This document shows positions 62,301 through 64,000 of a stretch of DNA of 64,000 nt, piece by piece. The stretch comes from Auanema rhodensis (lineage: Eukaryota; Animalia; Nematoda). Each line of letters begins with the position of its first letter. Within the stretch, counting starts at the first letter, position 1. The translations under genes were made by a program, and so were the position numbers. The DNA lies in contig OZ059894.1 of the NCBI GenBank assembly GCA_964057225.1, positions 5,704,001 through 5,768,000 of the forward strand, in the 5' to 3' direction. The notes beneath the pieces are model-generated. The model made no database searches, was not told where the DNA came from, and saw only the letters and a list, made by a program, of their open reading frames with translations.

Positions 62301-64000
62301 TTCTTTGATTAAGCATTTTAGGCTCTTATTTACTCCTGCAGTTAAAGTGAAACGTCGAGGGAGTGTTTAGATGATGATCAATCCTTCCTCAGCTTTCACG
62401 CTACTTTTCTTAGAGCCTCGTCAATCAACAATGTTTTTGCGAATTTTGGTGATTTCACAGAGTTTAAAAAAAAATTGTGTTCGTTTTCACTGACATAGAA
62501 GTCTAGATTGACTAGAGACCCCCATATATCTTAACTTATTCAGGCCAGTTAAAAAATTCTTCTTGTTGTGTGCTGCCGAATTTTAGGCTGTTGTTGCATA
62601 TTCAAAAGGGCATGTAGACGATTCCTCTGAAATACCATCAACAACTAGTGGACAAAATCTAAAAAATTGAAGTTATTACTCAACATAAAATGAAAATTTG
62701 TCATTTTACAAGAATGCAATTGAAAAAAGATAAATGAAGATAGTCATAGGTAGGACATGAGGAAAATGAAAAGAACAAAGAGAAAAAAACAATAACTAGT
62801 AAGAGTAAGATTGAATGAGAAATAACCGATCGTTGGACATAAGTTTAATGACTCAATGTCCGGTGCTTCTGCTGTACCACGTTTTGATGTTTTATCTAAC
62901 TGTGACTTCTTATTAATCTTTTTCTCTCATCATTGATAGCCAGGAGAGTGAAGCACAAGAGATATGATACAACACTGAACATACGCAAATTGGTGACATT
63001 GGTTCATAGTACTCTCTAGAAGAGAGTAACAGTTGAAACAAAGACGAAGAAAAAAGTATGAGAAAGCAAAAAAGAAAAAAAGTAGAAAAGAAATGGAAAC
63101 TATTTAAAAGCATGAGAAAAGAAAAGGAGAGAGTGAGTTAGTTAGAAAGAATAGAGACTAGAAAATGCAGAGGAATAAGTGAAATGAAAAGAAAAAGAAA
63201 AAAGAAAGTAGGCATAGGATGTAGAGGACAGAACAGGAGGCATGGTGATGGGAGAGAAAAAAAAGAAGAAACAAAACACTATATAGGTGACAATTGTTGG
63301 AAGAAGCTCACTCATCTAGTAGTTGCTCAGTGTATCCCTGTTGTTCACTATTGAATAGATGCATGAAACTCTTGTTCGTATAATATATTAAGGTTTCAAG
63401 ATATTATTTTCTTCAAAGATGATAGAAATCACATACAATTGTCTTTATCTTTTCCGTATGCTATTACTTTTCCATGTTGCTTCTGGCTACTTTAGTGATA
63501 TTTTAGTATATGTGAAGAGATAGAAGAACGTGCTCGGAATGAAGAGGAGTAACACGAAATGAAGATAAAAAGGTGGCTGTTCTAAGACAACTAAATAGTT
63601 ATGCAACGAGATCAAAAATAGTAATTGGATTATAAAATAAAACCTAATTATCTGATTAAAGCAAAACAACATTAATATATTATACAATAATCAATTACTC
63701 AAAAAAATAAATTGGGACTGTCATTCAAAAATTAATAATGCTTAGACAGCTGAATGAATTCAATTGAATAGCCAAATACGAAATAATGTGAATGAAAGAA
63801 AACTTTTCTTCTTGTCATTGTCGTCGTTGCTGTTGCCTTGTTGGTTTGGCAAATGGCTTATCGAGAATAGAAACAACAACATAAAATAAAATAGCCTAAG
63901 CCCTTTTTGAAGAAGAAAATGTTATTTTTAAGCTTTCGAAAAGCTGCCTCTGTATGTATTTATGCAAAAACAACAAGCCATTATAGAGTAGTTTGAGCTA
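43115..64000. promoter_or_regulatory. Gene-free upstream region of bcl-11 with GA-rich tracts and short GC/CpG-richer islands
   Basis: No recognisable protein motifs or consistent exon chains found. ORF-track hits are low-complexity F/L/S- or K/R/E-rich translations of GA/TC tracts. GC-richer islands near 45480-45590, 46580-46970, 49080-49330 and 53720-53860. Confidence 0.55.
56194..56333. repeat. Compound microsatellite (TA)n-(ATATATAA)n-(TA)n
   Basis: Direct reading. Confidence 0.95.

Noticed and set aside
50198-63687. Hydrophobic F/L/S-rich minus-strand ORFs as membrane proteins
   Set aside because: They are translations of TC-rich tracts (GA-rich on the + strand), a compositional artefact.
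1-64000. CRISPR arrays, rRNA, intact transposase or reverse transcriptase, telomeric arrays
   Set aside because: No repeat-spacer periodicity, rRNA-like sequence, long element ORF or tandem TTAGGC was seen, and the sequence is eukaryotic.

Overview
AT-rich eukaryotic genomic DNA with many 40-60 nt GT-AG introns and TTTCAG-type acceptors just before start codons. This is typical of a nematode, probably a rhabditid (clade V). Manual splicing supports these genes: two tandem transthyretin-like genes (-), a tachykinin-like nlp-58 neuropeptide precursor (+), a DNAJC17/dnj-22 co-chaperone (-), a probable operon of a MacroD-type macrodomain gene and a KCTD3/SHKBP1 orthologue (-), hif-1 (+), a small single-pass membrane protein gene (+), and bcl-11 (-). 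bcl-11 has an inferred ~2.2 kb 3'UTR and is followed by >20 kb of upstream sequence with no recognisable genes. The most unusual region is 11.2-15.9 kb. It holds a decayed Maverick/Polinton adenain-type protease next to an inverted duplicate of the KCTD3-like gene. That duplicate overlaps the gene's stop codon and carries a newly arisen AATAAA, so the 3'UTR would be antisense to the gene's own last coding exons (a fold-back mRNA). Other notable points: a candidate HIF-1 isoform lacking the oxygen-degradation motif, mir-35-family and mir-44/279-family seed sites in the bcl-11 UTRs, a cluster of BCL11-type TGACCA motifs upstream of bcl-11, and an extra pQ...W-amide peptide in the nlp-58-like precursor. 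All gene models and counts were made by hand, and family assignments come from recalled motifs, not database searches.
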